A DNA stretch of 35,614 bases from Bipalium vagum (Eukaryota). Position numbers and translations under genes: made by a program. Below, piece by piece: positions 1-12,086 of the stretch (positions within the stretch are counted from its first letter, which is position 1; every line of letters begins with the position of its first letter). The notes beneath the pieces were generated by a model. It worked only from the letters and a program-made list of their open reading frames with translations. It was not told where the DNA came from and made no database searches. The DNA lies in contig JBBMKC010203934.1 in assembly GCA_037834085.1 (NCBI GenBank), positions 1-35,614 on the forward strand. Reading direction: 5' to 3'.

Positions 1-40
1 TAATATTAATATTAATATTAATATTAATATTAATATTAAT
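1..40. repeat. (TAATAT)n microsatellite at window start
   Basis: Direct reading: taatat tandem units from base 1. Confidence 0.9.
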
Positions 41-804
41 AAATTAATAATAACCAAATATTTATTTTCTCCAGATTCTTAGCAATTCTTTTTAATCAAT
101 GTCGTATATCAGTATACTCGGTTAAATAAAACTTCACTGTTTTGCATTTATTAATTATTGAGATTTTAAGAAAATATAAATTTGATTTCAAGTAAAATAA
201 ATAAAAGTAAAAGATTGCGAGGATAAAATCAAGAATTGAAGATAAAATGTTTCAAATTTAAAATGCACACATTCTATGGAACAAAAGATTCGTTCACTAC
301 TTTTGCATTAAAATTGAAATTATTATTTTGAAGTGTTTATTAACGAAAAGTCTAATTTTTTCCTAAGGTCATTATTAATAGTTTTTAGTTAATGAATTAC
401 ATTTTGAAAATTTGGTATTTTTCTGTTTGCACTTTAATATTGAAATAGAATGAGAAAAATACATAATATATAATACTAATTATAATAATATTAACCACAA
501 AATATCAATGAGTAAAACCAAGAGAAAAGTCAACCTAATGAGTTTTGAGAAATAATAGTTTTTCTTTCAGTTTGATAGGATTGGAAAGGTATAATTTATT
601 ATGATCTTCAGCTTTAGAACTATTAACTAAGAATATATTCGGTACTACCTGAAAACCACAATGGCTATAAATGCAGGGATATATCCAATCAAAAAATTTC
701 ACACAAAATATAATATTATAAGGATTTTGCTATTGTATTCTAAATCACTCTTCTTAATAACTAAGCTATAAATACGACCATAATATTTTTTATCCTTATA
801 AACC

Positions 805-1293
805 TTAGATATCAATAAGCTTACTTCCAAAACAGTCAAATTCACAGATGTGGATGGGGCTCTTCATCAGTGAAGATACTTTGACATATCTCCCAATCTG
901 TCCATTGCAACTAATATTATAGATTAACTGAAAATCTTTTATATTTTGACATAGATAACTTGAGGTATTGTCATAATTGAACAATTCTATAGTCATCTGT
1001 ATAACCATGGATTCACAGCAATCTTTTTTGTTGTAATAAACAATATGACTTATAATGAACAATTCACCAAGATCAACTACCCACCATCCTCTGTCTTTAG
1101 ATGGTAATGTTTCAGAGCAAAGTGGAGAAAAATCTTCTTTCATTTTATTGTACTTTCCATCCACAGCTAAATCACTAATCATATTTAATTTCGTACTTGA
1201 CTGACTTGTTTTCATAAATCGAGATAATAGTTGAACCCCATGGGTTGACTTAACTACCACAATAGCAAAAGTTAATATTTTCAATACAATCAT
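805..1293 (-). CDS. Secreted F-type lectin (fucolectin/FTP, F5/8 type C-like) domain protein, single exon
   Basis: 162-aa ATG-initiated ORF with a hydrophobic N-terminal signal peptide (MIVLKILTFAIVVV..HG). FTP-domain motifs are present in order: QSST, AVDG, C.xT, WWVVDLG, I..I..YN..DCC, GRYVKV, ICEFD.FG. Confidence 0.85.
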   Translation of the reverse strand: MIVLKILTFAIVVVKSTHGVQLLSRFMKTSQSSTKLNMISDLAVDGKYNKMKEDFSPLCSETLPSKDRGWWVVDLGELFIISHIVYYNKKDCCESMVIQMTIELFNYDNTSSYLCQNIKDFQLIYNISCNGQIGRYVKVSSLMKSPIHICEFDCFGSKLIDI

Positions 1294-4200
1294 GATCTTA
1301 GTGTATTTAATATAATATTACTTTATTATATTATATTATTTATATTAACCAATAGTCATTTTTCAAATACAAACCTTCTCAATATATTTTTATTATTGGT
1401 TTTCTTGATATTTTTGTAACCTTGATGGTGGGAATAAGATATGTACTATAGTGCAGCTTTTCTTTAATATATTTAGTTAAAAATACATAAAATATCAAAT
1501 GCTTCTCATTTTAAAACATCCTTAAACTTTCAATTTTCCTAATACTACATCTCAATAAACTTTATAATACCGTATTTTGGATCCTTCACAATCTTCGTTT
1601 ATCTTATGTCGACACGACACAGTTTTAAGTGAGCAATGCACCTTGATTTTTCTCATTCTAATCATCAAATTTTTAACTTGAAGAAATATAGCCGCTTTGC
1701 TCATATCGAGGTATATTATTAGGTCATTTCATAAGATTACTGTTTTTTACTAAGACATTAAAAAATTAAGGAAATAAGAAAAAGAAAATATCTTATTTAT
1801 TAAAAGAACGCCAATCACTTTCAATAAAAATTTTCTATTCGGGATTTATAAAATCCTGAGGGTTTACTGTTGAAAAAGTATTCGAGGTCATTTATATCAT
1901 CTTCAAAGGAACATAAATATTCTGCCAGCTAAGTAAAGTTTCATAGATATGAAAAGATAATGATCAAAAAGAATGACAATATGATTTCACGATGAATACT
2001 GATGAATTTTCTATTTAAACTAATTTTTTTCTGTATCTTCTTGGCAACAAGTGATTTAGCATTAGTATGTTTCAAAGTGACCCATTTTTGATTGCAAATG
2101 CTTTACAGTTATCGGTAATTTTTGTGAAGACGGGTAATTTGATCTACGATAGAGTAAAAAGATGACAGTGTGACCAGGCTGTAGCAGTTTTTAATGAATA
2201 ACACCAGTAATTCCCGACTAAGCTTCTAAAATCAGTTTCTTTCCTCTAAACTTTAGAGTTGACACTTAGGTATCGCTACAAGAAATCGATTATCTTTTGT
2301 GCGTGCCTTAAATGGAAAACTGTGAGATTAGAACCCTATGTAGCAAAAGAAAACCAATTTCGGTTTAAATTAACACAAAGTTTAGTTTAAATTTAACAAA
2401 ATCTAACAGTTTCCGAATATGCAAGACATATAACTTTGAATCTGTTTGGTTCATATAATAATAAGAATAATAACTAAATATGTTAATATTCAAAAAAGTA
2501 TTAACTAATTTTTATTTCTATTTCTATGATATTCATTATATTATTTTTTTAATATTTCTAAATTGTGAAATATTGTATTTATGATTGTATTCTTTAAACT
2601 GTATATTATTTTTCTCTGACTCCTATGGTTTTTCTTTTAGTCCGCTTGCTGTTCAATAAAAAAAGAAGCAAATATTAAAAAAAAATTTATCAAATCTATT
2701 CAATAACTACTGAAAGAAAAGAATCACTTAAAAGAAACTTCTTTTGATCCTGCGAATTCTTCTTTTTAGTTTGCTCAATTCATCTTCAATTCTATCTTTT
2801 CTTCAATCTTAACACAATCTCAATTTCTAATTTCGAATGACTCTCGTGTGATTTATTGAGATTCTGCTACTTTATTATAAAAGAGTCAGTCTCACCAGCA
2901 AATGAATTTTTTCTTTTCATTACTTAATGGAAAAGCTGGAGTGTAGTTGCAATTTAGGGTCATGAGGAAAAGACAAATTATTTTGTGTTTTTAAAAACCA
3001 TTTTTTAACTTTTTCGTCACTTATAATTTTCTTTCTGCCAAAGTCAAATTTTCTATTAAAAATCGGAAAAGATCAAAATTTCAAAAAATTGAAGAATGTA
3101 AAATTTAAAATTATCAAAATGTAAATTTTAAAAATGTTCACAATATTTGTATGTAAAACCTATTTCTGAGTTTTACTCTAAAGAACTTATATAAAAATAT
3201 ATAAAAGTTGTCATAAATACAATATTTCAAAATGTAGAAATATTTTAAAAATAATATAATGAATATCATAGAAATAGAAAACATGAAAATCCAATTGTAA
3301 AACTCAAACAAAATCGATATAATAGCTTAAATAGATGTTGTAAAGAACAAAGAGATTCTGAAAAAAAATATTATTTGGTTTTAATTTTCATTGATTACAT
3401 GAATGGATTGAATTTCAATTTTATGATGGAATGAAATGGGGAAATCAAAGACTATATGTTTCCAAATTTGTTTTTCTTGTTTCCAAATTTTATTTTAATG
3501 ATAAAGATCATTTTAAAAATGTTGGAATTGGTTAAATTTAAGACCCTTAAGAGGTGATAAAAAATTATTCAAAAGAAATATAATTGTTAAAAGTAGAAAT
3601 AAAAGGTAGATATTTTAAAAATGATTTTAATAATTATTTAAAATGGATTATTTAAAACAATCTAAATTAATTTATTAAATTTCTCACTCCTTTAAGCCTC
3701 GTTCTAAATGTAGATGTGATGTTATTTTCTAAAAATGGTAATTAAATATCAAATATAAAATTGAAGATTTATATAAAAAAATTTTATAGTTGGTGTAGAT
3801 AATCGATAAATCATTCAAAAATCTAGGTAAACAAGAAACAAAAAATTTAAAAGAATTATTTGAAAGAATAATTTTAAAAATAAAATAAAAATTGTTAAAC
3901 AAGAAATATTGCTATTAGAAACCCATAAGGAGAAAAAATAAATTAATAAATTAAAATTTAAAAAATATTAATTTTTATTATTTTGCCTCAATGAGATGCA
4001 GACCCGTTGCAATTGGTCGATATTTGTAACAAATTTTCCAAAAAATTCTATTTCTATTTCCATTTCTATTGCATATAGCAAGAGAATTTAATGATTGTCT
4101 CTCTTCTGATTGGTTTCTTGATCACCAGTTCGAACATAATTTTTTAACCCAACAAATAATATTAATATTTGTTAATAATGCTAAAATCCTAATTTTATAA

Positions 4201-5535
4201 AAGGTGGAGCTTAAAGAAATGATTATTAGGACTTAACGGAGAAGGTAGCTTTAAGTGTTGATGATAAGACTGTTAAATATTAAAGTTAAATAAAATCGAA
4301 TGTAAATAACTAAGACGAATTCAATTTTTCAAAATTATATTCTCTTAATAAAAGAGGAACTTTTTTGTTCTATTTAATTTTTATTCAATTTTTCGGGGAA
4401 GGATTCTTTTAACCTTAAAATAAAAAAAAATTAAACACCACTAATTAAATGAACAAGGTTTTTATTAATTTACTCAAATAAAAGTAAAATTGTTATTAGT
4501 GCACAAAATGTTATTTGGAATTTTTGAATTGTTTTGGGACTCTTCACAGATAAACTAAGTAATTTTTACAGTTATTTCTGTCAAGCCTAATGGGCTTTTT
4601 AGTTAAACTTTTCTTGCCCAAGCGGATTAATAAAAATTAATAATTACTTTTATCAAATTCTTTATGAACAGTAGCTGCATATAATTAGGCAAGAGACCGA
4701 TTTTCGTTCTCATAATATATTTTTGAATTGAATATAAAGACCTCGCATAGTTGCATCAGTTGAGAAAATTTTTCATTATAAATTGAAAGTCGAAAGTGTT
4801 TAAAGGCATTTTTGATAAAATATTTGAATAATTTCCTGTTTTTGGCATACATTCAAATTCCGTCGAACTTACTTACTACCTTTATTTTCCTGCGTCGTTT
4901 CATTTTATGCTTGTCCTATCCTTTCTGCGATATTATTTAGAATTTCACTTAGTAAATTGCTAAAGTCCTAATCCAATCTATAAATTTTTGACAACCTATA
5001 CGAGATTTAAGTTTCACTTTTGGGATAGTAATTTTATTAAAATTCTTAGTTCTCCTTAAAATATCAACATTTATAACACACTGTAGCCTCTAAAACACAA
5101 GTTAGCAGAAAATAAAGATTTTTTATTCAATTTCTTTATTGTTCTATTAAAATAGTCATAGATTTAATGATATATTTTAATACATGATATCGTCGACTAC
5201 TTTTGGTTTCTCCTTTTAATTCTAATTCTAATTACTAATAAACTTAACCAGTAATGAAAACTACAACCTGGTGAAATTAACGAAAAATCATTACATATAA
5301 AATTAGAATCTAAACTAAAAGAAATTAAAAAAAAAGAAAAATCATTTATATTAAATTGTGGTTATTCTGTATCGTCTATTACCTCGAAATTTAACATAGA
5401 TTAACCTAATTTCAATTACCCAGAGTTCACTGTACTTAAAAACTGATATAACGAATTTTAAAAATTGATTTTACTGTCAAATAGGACAGTCCAGAAATAA
5501 TTGATAATAATAAAGTTGAAGGTTAATTGAAAAAT

Positions 5536-7203
5536 TTATTGAAAATTAGTCTTTTCGAAAACAGCATAATCGATGAAATGATTTTGATTTTCAAATAGAA
5601 ACGGTATGTAGAATGATCGAATAAAAGAAAACCCTTTCCCAAATTTGTGAGGACTCAACATGGAATAATTCATAATTTTTCTCCACTTCCCTGAATTCAA
5701 TTTTTCCCAATTCGGTTCGTTGATAGACTCAACATTATCTATTCGGTCGATAATAAAATCACATGTGGAAACTGGAACATATCGGCCGATCTCCTCTCGA
5801 TTGAGATCGTTAAAATGTCGATGAACTACTCTGGAAGACAGAACTCCTTCACTAGATCTAAAATGAGCTGGTAATTGACCTTGGAAATCGGATTTGATGA
5901 AGGAAACATTCATAGAATATTTTGCTATGAAAAAGTTAGATGGAAAGCGATGCCATTCCCGACCGAGACATAACAATTTTTCTGTGCCATTGGTAACATC
6001 GTTTAAGTGAGAATACAGCGAAATCGGTGCGCTGTAAGATAGCACAAGAGCCAAAATTCGAGACATGCTTAACAAGGAAAAAATAAATACAAACCCCATA
6101 CCAAACCAATCTTTCGATATCCATTTTAAAGTAGATTTCGCCTTTTTGAAGATCTTTAAAAAATCGTTAATGATGACTTGAAATTGATTAATACAAACGC
6201 CACATATAATGGACAGACATGGGTAACAGGGAAAGAGAAATCGTTCTTCTTTATGTGATTGGAAAAAGAAAACAATATTCCACAAGATAAACACGGCAAA
6301 ACCCATGAGACCCAAACTAAGATCGTCACTGATTGGCTGACGGAAAAAATTCGAATATATCAGTAAAATTGGAAAAATTGGCACCAAAAAGACTGCAAAA
6401 TTAAAATTAAGAAAATAATTTTTCAAGTAAAACGTGACAGGCTCTATTCCGTACAGGTCCGGTCCGTGGGGAGTTAAAACGTTATATTTAAATATGTTCC
6501 ACGCCGGAAACGTCAGACGACCGTAGAAAAAAGAATCTACCAAAATGGAGATCGTTGAGAGAAGGACACCCCAGAAAGCTGATATTTTAAGAAAGTAGAC
6601 AAATTTCCGACGATTCCAGATGATGTCGATTGCGAAAGGAACTCCTAGTAGAGCAGAAAACGGCCAACCCAGAATGGAGCTCATAGCCACAGAACCAATT
6701 GTAAGCCCGTAATCTTTCCTGATCCAGCTGGAAAATGTCAGAATGGAACAGTAGAATGCGAAGCTGCTTGGAAGAAATGCAGTTGAAGAAATAAAGGATC
6801 CAGCAGATAAAATCAATAATAACATGCAATAAATCGCAATATATGATGATTTATTACTCTTCAAAGTTTTTAGACTTTTATATATGTGAACTTCTAAACA
6901 CGTCGTCAACATTACCATATAAGCACGAACGACATAAAACAATATTCGTTTGGAAATATCATTAAAGATTAAATTCAAAACAATTGCTGGCCATCCAAAA
7001 ATTATTAAATATAGATATGAACGTAAAGCATAAGTTGGACAATATTCCCAAGATTGAAATCCTTTTCCATATATAATAAAATGTAATGGCTCCCAATAAT
7101 TATATGTTTCATCACAATCACTGATAATATTCCATATAGCACTTACTAAATTTACTGTTAAAGCAACTTTGAACAATACTTTGGAGGAAATGTTATTACT
7201 CAT
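5536..7203 (-). CDS. ALG9: Dol-P-Man-dependent alpha-1,2-mannosyltransferase (glycosyltransferase family 22), intronless
   Basis: 555-aa multi-TM ORF with ALG9 signatures: ISDCDETYNYWEPLH, GFQSWEY.P.YALRSY, AFLPSSF, GWPFSA, DS.FYG, NI..YNV...GPDLYG.EP, HKEERFLFP.YP, LC.G.EWHRFPS.F, F.GQLP, FND.N.EE..RY. Confidence 0.96.
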   Translation of the reverse strand: MSNNISSKVLFKVALTVNLVSAIWNIISDCDETYNYWEPLHFIIYGKGFQSWEYCPTYALRSYLYLIIFGWPAIVLNLIFNDISKRILFYVVRAYMVMLTTCLEVHIYKSLKTLKSNKSSYIAIYCMLLLILSAGSFISSTAFLPSSFAFYCSILTFSSWIRKDYGLTIGSVAMSSILGWPFSALLGVPFAIDIIWNRRKFVYFLKISAFWGVLLSTISILVDSFFYGRLTFPAWNIFKYNVLTPHGPDLYGIEPVTFYLKNYFLNFNFAVFLVPIFPILLIYSNFFRQPISDDLSLGLMGFAVFILWNIVFFFQSHKEERFLFPCYPCLSIICGVCINQFQVIINDFLKIFKKAKSTLKWISKDWFGMGFVFIFSLLSMSRILALVLSYSAPISLYSHLNDVTNGTEKLLCLGREWHRFPSNFFIAKYSMNVSFIKSDFQGQLPAHFRSSEGVLSSRVVHRHFNDLNREEIGRYVPVSTCDFIIDRIDNVESINEPNWEKLNSGKWRKIMNYSMLSPHKFGKGFSFIRSFYIPFLFENQNHFIDYAVFEKTNFQ

Positions 7204-7793
7204 AAAAATTATAAATTTTTAAAATAATTTAAATAGTTGCGATGTACTACTTTAGTTAAACAATTTTAAAAACTAAAATACATTGAAAATTACAGAAAAG
7301 TATTAAGAGTAATATTTATTATCAAAAAGAAAGTTAATATTTCAAAAACTTCACACAAATATGATTAATAATGAAATTCAAAGTAAATGAGACTTTCTTT
7401 AATAGATATTCACTGTAGGTGAGGCTCAACTGTAATTTTTAAAAATAATTACTTACTATTTCTTAATAATTTTAGTGACTTTTAATCAATCATTACATTT
7501 TAATATTATAAAAATATTAAAATACTATTTATTATCATTATAAATTATGTTCTCATTAAGTTTGTTTTGGTAGTTGCTTTGCTCAGGTTGGTGCATTTAA
7601 TTGAGATAAATGAACTGTTGATACTGTTGAATATATAATCGGGAGTGCGAAAACTGGAAAACAAAAGAAAAGGTAGGGCTCTAGATAAAAAACAGATACA
7701 TAATAATAAAAGGATTTTTTGCAACAGTCTAGGTAGTTTCTCTAAAAAGTTACAAGGCGCTATCTTTGGGCTCACCAACTCCCTCGAAAGAAG

Positions 7794-8062
7794 TGTAAAT
7801 AATAAAAGAATCATGAATAAGCATAGGGATTAACAACATAACGTATATTTGTTATCACAAATGCAAGATTAGAAATCTAGTTCACAATCAATTTTCAACA
7901 ATACAACAATTATTTAATTAATAAAATACCTTCTTGACTTTATGATAGCCGAAGAAGTCTTGTTAACAAGAATGCATATTCTGTTGCATAGTGAAGCAAA
8001 ATCGTGTGAGCGAGAGAACAGTAAAACAGAAAATAAAAAAATATTAAAATATTAAAAAGTTA
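7794..8062 (-). mobile_element. Partial inverted copy of the LTR-like element at 8585-9296
   Basis: Reverse complement aligns to about 9066-9296, including a perfect 34-nt match (7916-7949 vs 9161-9194). Similarity begins at the TGTAA terminus at 7794. Confidence 0.7.
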
Positions 8063-8584
8063 TTGACGAGAAGAATTTACTTCTATCATTAAATAAATGT
8101 TAATTAATTATTTATTTAAATTTAACTCATTTGGTTAAACACTTAAAATTATTATCATTAGCGGTGTCTTAAAAGTTCTTTTATTTGAATAGCTATAAGC
8201 GTCTTTTAAGTTATTAAGGGCTTTTTGAATGTGAAAACCAAGATTTTATAAACTCCTGTTTTCCACATTCCAGAACTTCATATTAGCTCTTTTGTAACTT
8301 TCTAATAATTGATTCATCGGTAGGTGATTTCTATTTTAGATTCCTTTTTATATTATAAAAATTTCTCATAATAGAGTGATTAGCATTTACAGTAAAACTG
8401 GTAAAAAGTCAGACTGAAACAACACAAACCTCCAAGAAAAAGTTTCCAGAAATCGCTGAAACCTCAGAACCACAGGAGCCGGTGGAGAGTGATCATAGCT
8501 CCTCGAAATTAATAATTGATATTGGAAAGATTTTAAAAATTTTACATTTGTTTGGTTAGCCAAGGACAGATCTCTGCTAACCCT

Positions 8585-9296
8585 TGTAAAAGTATATGGT
8601 AGAGACCGCAATAGGGTTTAAATTGGTTATTATCAATTAATTATTAAGACCTCAAGAGGATAAGAAATAACTTAATAATAATAATAATAAATTAATAATT
8701 AATTAATTAATTAAAAAGTACATCCAAACAAAAAAGGGACAATTAATTATTTCCAAAAAGAATCTAATCTTGAAAATGGCGAACATAAATTGCCAAGATT
8801 AGATCAGGGTCCGCAAGGAGGAACTGATTTAGAATTATCGGTCTAAAAAGGGAATCGATATTCCCCATTAATCAAGCTGATCTACGATTGATTATTCGTC
8901 TGATCAGAATGGTATATAAGGAGTTGGAATCCGCAGTGGATTGCCACAGAAGTGAGATCAAGAGCTGTTGTTATTATTTTCCAAAGAGTGATCGACCCTA
9001 TTATTGTCAGAAGAAGGATCAAGAGTTGTTATTATTTTATTGTCAGAAGAAAAGATTTTGTTTATTAACTTTTTAATATTTTCTTATATTATTTTTTACT
9101 GTTCTCTTGGAAATTCGATTCTGCGACAGAATATACATTTTTGTAAATAGGACTTCTTCTGCTATCATAAAGTCAAGAAGGTATTTTATTAATTGAATAT
9201 TGATTGTGAACTAGATTTCTAATTTTGTATTTGTGATAACAAATATACATTATGTTGTTAATTGCTATGTTTATTCTTGAATCTTTTATTCTTACA
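8585..9296 (+). mobile_element. Solo-LTR-like element (probably retrotransposon-derived)
   Basis: Bounded by TGTAAAAGTA...TATTCTTACA (TG...CA with an imperfect terminal inverted repeat). Internal TATA box (TATATAAG, 8913-8920) and short internal direct repeats (GATCAAGAG..TGTTATTATTTT, TATTGTCAGAAGAA). Second copy at 7794-8062. No clean TSD, so the left boundary is tentative. Confidence 0.5.
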
Positions 9297-11016
9297 TCTA
9301 AGCAGAAGATCCTAAAAGCTCCACAATGCAACACCGTGGAATCTTAGAAGCAGAAGACCATGATAAAAATTGATAGAGCTATTCAAACATTCCATATCAA
9401 ACAATTGAAACCAATAATAAAAATGTAAAAAAGACGTGGAATTCTCCATAATATTTAAACTAGTGAAGGTATCTAGATAAGTAAAACAAAAAACAGAAAA
9501 ATAGAGGTCTAAGAAAAATAGAAAGATGAAGATGCAAGTGATGGTAACATTTCGTAATAAATCAGTAGATTTGAATACTGATCAAAACCGAGAAAAGTAG
9601 CACCATTGAAACTCCCAAAGCAAAACAATTTAAGCAGCATTATGTATAAGGAACAAGACAACATCAGGTTTGAACAGGCATATCCAAATCATCCATAAAT
9701 CAAATCTATTGCGCTTTATGAAGGTGAGATGGTATTGTGGACTTGTCTTTCGCAGGGATATATTTTTTCACCGTATCGATGAGCATCGGGATAGCAGTGT
9801 GCCATCACTTCTAGTTTTCATAAATATGTTAAGTTTCCTAAAAGGTTGATTTTACAAGAACTGAACTATGACTTTTAGGTCACTTAACAAGATTCAGACT
9901 CTCAGAAGATTTACGGGCGAACGTTTGAAACACTACTGTCACAAAAAATAAAAACAAGTCGATCACGAGAAAAATATAAATGAACACAAATTGTAATAGC
10001 AAAATCTTTATTGAAAATTATAATACAAATTTTGTATTTTACAAGGTTAATTTGATTTGTAATGATCAATAGAATCTTTAAACACAGACTTAGCCTAGTG
10101 TGTTAAAGCCCTCAGAAAGCGGCTGTGTAAACTTCAAAAACAAAAAAGAAGAAAAAGGAATAACAACAAAGAATTAATTGATCTTCGACGAAGCGTCGAA
10201 TATTTATTTTCAAGAAGTTAATTAAAAGTTACATCAATCGGTAAAGATTGCGCAACTGTAATTGATTGTTTATTTAAATGAAAATTAAGATTCAGTACTT
10301 CTGTACTCACAGTGTATGAATCGTTCAAATAATAATACTGATAATAATAGTACGACTTGACACAAGAATTACCTAATGCTAATTTCAACGATTTGAGACT
10401 ATTTTGGTAGTGATGATTCTTCTGCTCTTTTCTAATCTAAACATTTATATTGATGATTCGTCTTGTTATTTGACCTTTCTACGATGACTGTCTTGCTGTT
10501 CTATTTCCTTCTGTCTGATTTAGCTAACCTTTGATGAGATTTATTGTGTGTCTTTTTACTGTTTTTCTTGTGTTTATATATAATAATTTTTATTATAATT
10601 TCTTTTTTTAGAAACATATAATTTCTATTTTTAGAAATTCATAGAATTTTCTTTGTCTAAAATCTATTTTTAGTAACCTGTATAATTTTATTTGTATTAT
10701 TTTCTAATTTTAGTAAGTTTGTAGTTTCTAATTTTAATTTATTATCAAATTCAATATTTGCTCAGAAACTCTGATAATGTTAATAATAATAATTAATTAA
10801 TTAAAAGACGGTTTTTTGATGATCAGTCACAAAACTTTACATAACATCATAAAAATAAAAATAAAATATTTATTAGAATCACAACACTTATGGATCAGTA
10901 AAGTTAATAAAATGTCATAAAAATGTTTATTGTGGGATGCTCCACAAATATTTCAGAACTTCTTGTGACTCCAGCAGATTTGAACTCTGATTGACTAAGT
11001 GGGCTGGTGATTGCAT

Positions 11017-11059
11017 CTAACTGATGACCAAGGGCTGGTTGAAATCACTTGTCAGTTAG
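11017..11059 (+). ncRNA. Degenerate hammerhead-ribozyme-like motif, probably in a Penelope-like element relic
   Basis: CTGATGA (11021-11027), then an ACCA/TGGT stem with an AGGGC loop, then GAAA (11041-11044), then GTC. CTAACTGA and TCAGTTAG can pair. The stem registers do not fit the canonical core exactly. Confidence 0.4.
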
Positions 11060-11673
11060 GGTTCATAGATTATTTATTACACTGTTTTGTTTTTTTGACT
11101 TTATCTTATCGTTTATCGATTCTCATTAATTGCAGATAAAAATGAATACACTTTCAATAACATTGTTAATTTTAAAACAAAAATTATCATCATGTTTTTG
11201 GTTGGTATAATACTTATAGGAATTATTTTAAAGTTAATGGAAGACCTTTAGAAAAAAACTCTTGTTCAATGGGAAAAATATAAAGGAACTGATTTAGTTT
11301 TTTTACTTTGTAACCAATCACAAAATTTTAAAACACATTCACATTTTTTCTATAATTGAGAAGAAAAATATTCAACGAATTTTCCCATCAAGTGGACATT
11401 ATAAATTAAAATTTAATTCAATAAACATAAAAATTTTTGAAATTATGATTTTTAACAATTTTTTATCAAAAATTCAAATTGAAGAAATTAAAGTTTTTAT
11501 AAAATAGTTTTATCCAAAAACTTTATATAATGTTTAATTTTATTATATATAAAAACGAAATATTTGACTTCTATAAAATTTTATATTTATTAGAAATAGA
11601 ATTTTATATATTTCCATGGAAAGATTAAAATTTTTTTAAAATTCGTTTTTATAATTCTTTTATAAGATTTATT

Positions 11674-12066
11674 TTAAAACATAAATGAATTTTGTTTAGA
11701 AAGTGGTTCAAAATCACAAAAATTAAACATTTTATCATTTTCATCTTCTGATAAATTTAAAGATTCTTCACATGATTTATTTCTCTTATATTGATATTTC
11801 AAGAGATCAAAATTATATAAATATTCATTTCAATATTTCTCTTGAGAATCAAAATTATTTTCAATAATATTTTGAGAAATATATTCATTCCAAAAATCGA
11901 AAGCATAGCTTCCAAGAGCTTCGCTTGCATTATTAAAAGAAGAATTAATATTTTCAAAATTATTAATATGATATTCTATAGAATTAAAGGATGAATAATT
12001 TCCAATAAATTAACAGAAAATTCAGAATCAAAATTTGGAATTGTTTCATGTTTTTTTAAACCTCAT
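11674..12066 (-). pseudogene. Decayed AT-rich ORF divergent from 12087-12618; product unknown
   Basis: 11674-12009 reads 112 codons with a single internal TGA (11830-11832). That stop falls in a Y*NEY motif that duplicates the intact FWNEY motif of the same frame. ATG at 12066 lies in an ATAAATG context but needs two compensating 1-nt indels. Confidence 0.4.
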
Positions 12067-12086
12067 TTATAAAAAATTTGTAAAAA

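Noticed and set aside
3400-5110. Possible very old Tc1/IS630-like remnants on the minus strand
   Set aside because: Only vague peptide hints; no diagnostic motif or TIR pair.
5936-6829. Short alternative-frame ORFs (5936-6124, 6587-6829) inside ALG9
   Set aside because: Shadow ORFs of a GC-richer coding region with no recognisable motifs.
7760-7778. TGGTGAGCCC on the minus strand as a tRNA-Trp-like primer binding site after the LTR-like copy
   Set aside because: It lies about 16 nt from the apparent LTR end and matches only about 10 nt; too weak.
9937-10800. Possible additional LTR starting TGTCAC
   Set aside because: No matching terminus, TSD or second copy in the window.
10959-11048. tRNA- or tRNA-Sec-like fold on the minus strand (9-bp closing stem, GTTCAAA loop)
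   Set aside because: No credible D arm or anticodon arm; the plus-strand hammerhead-like reading explains the region better.
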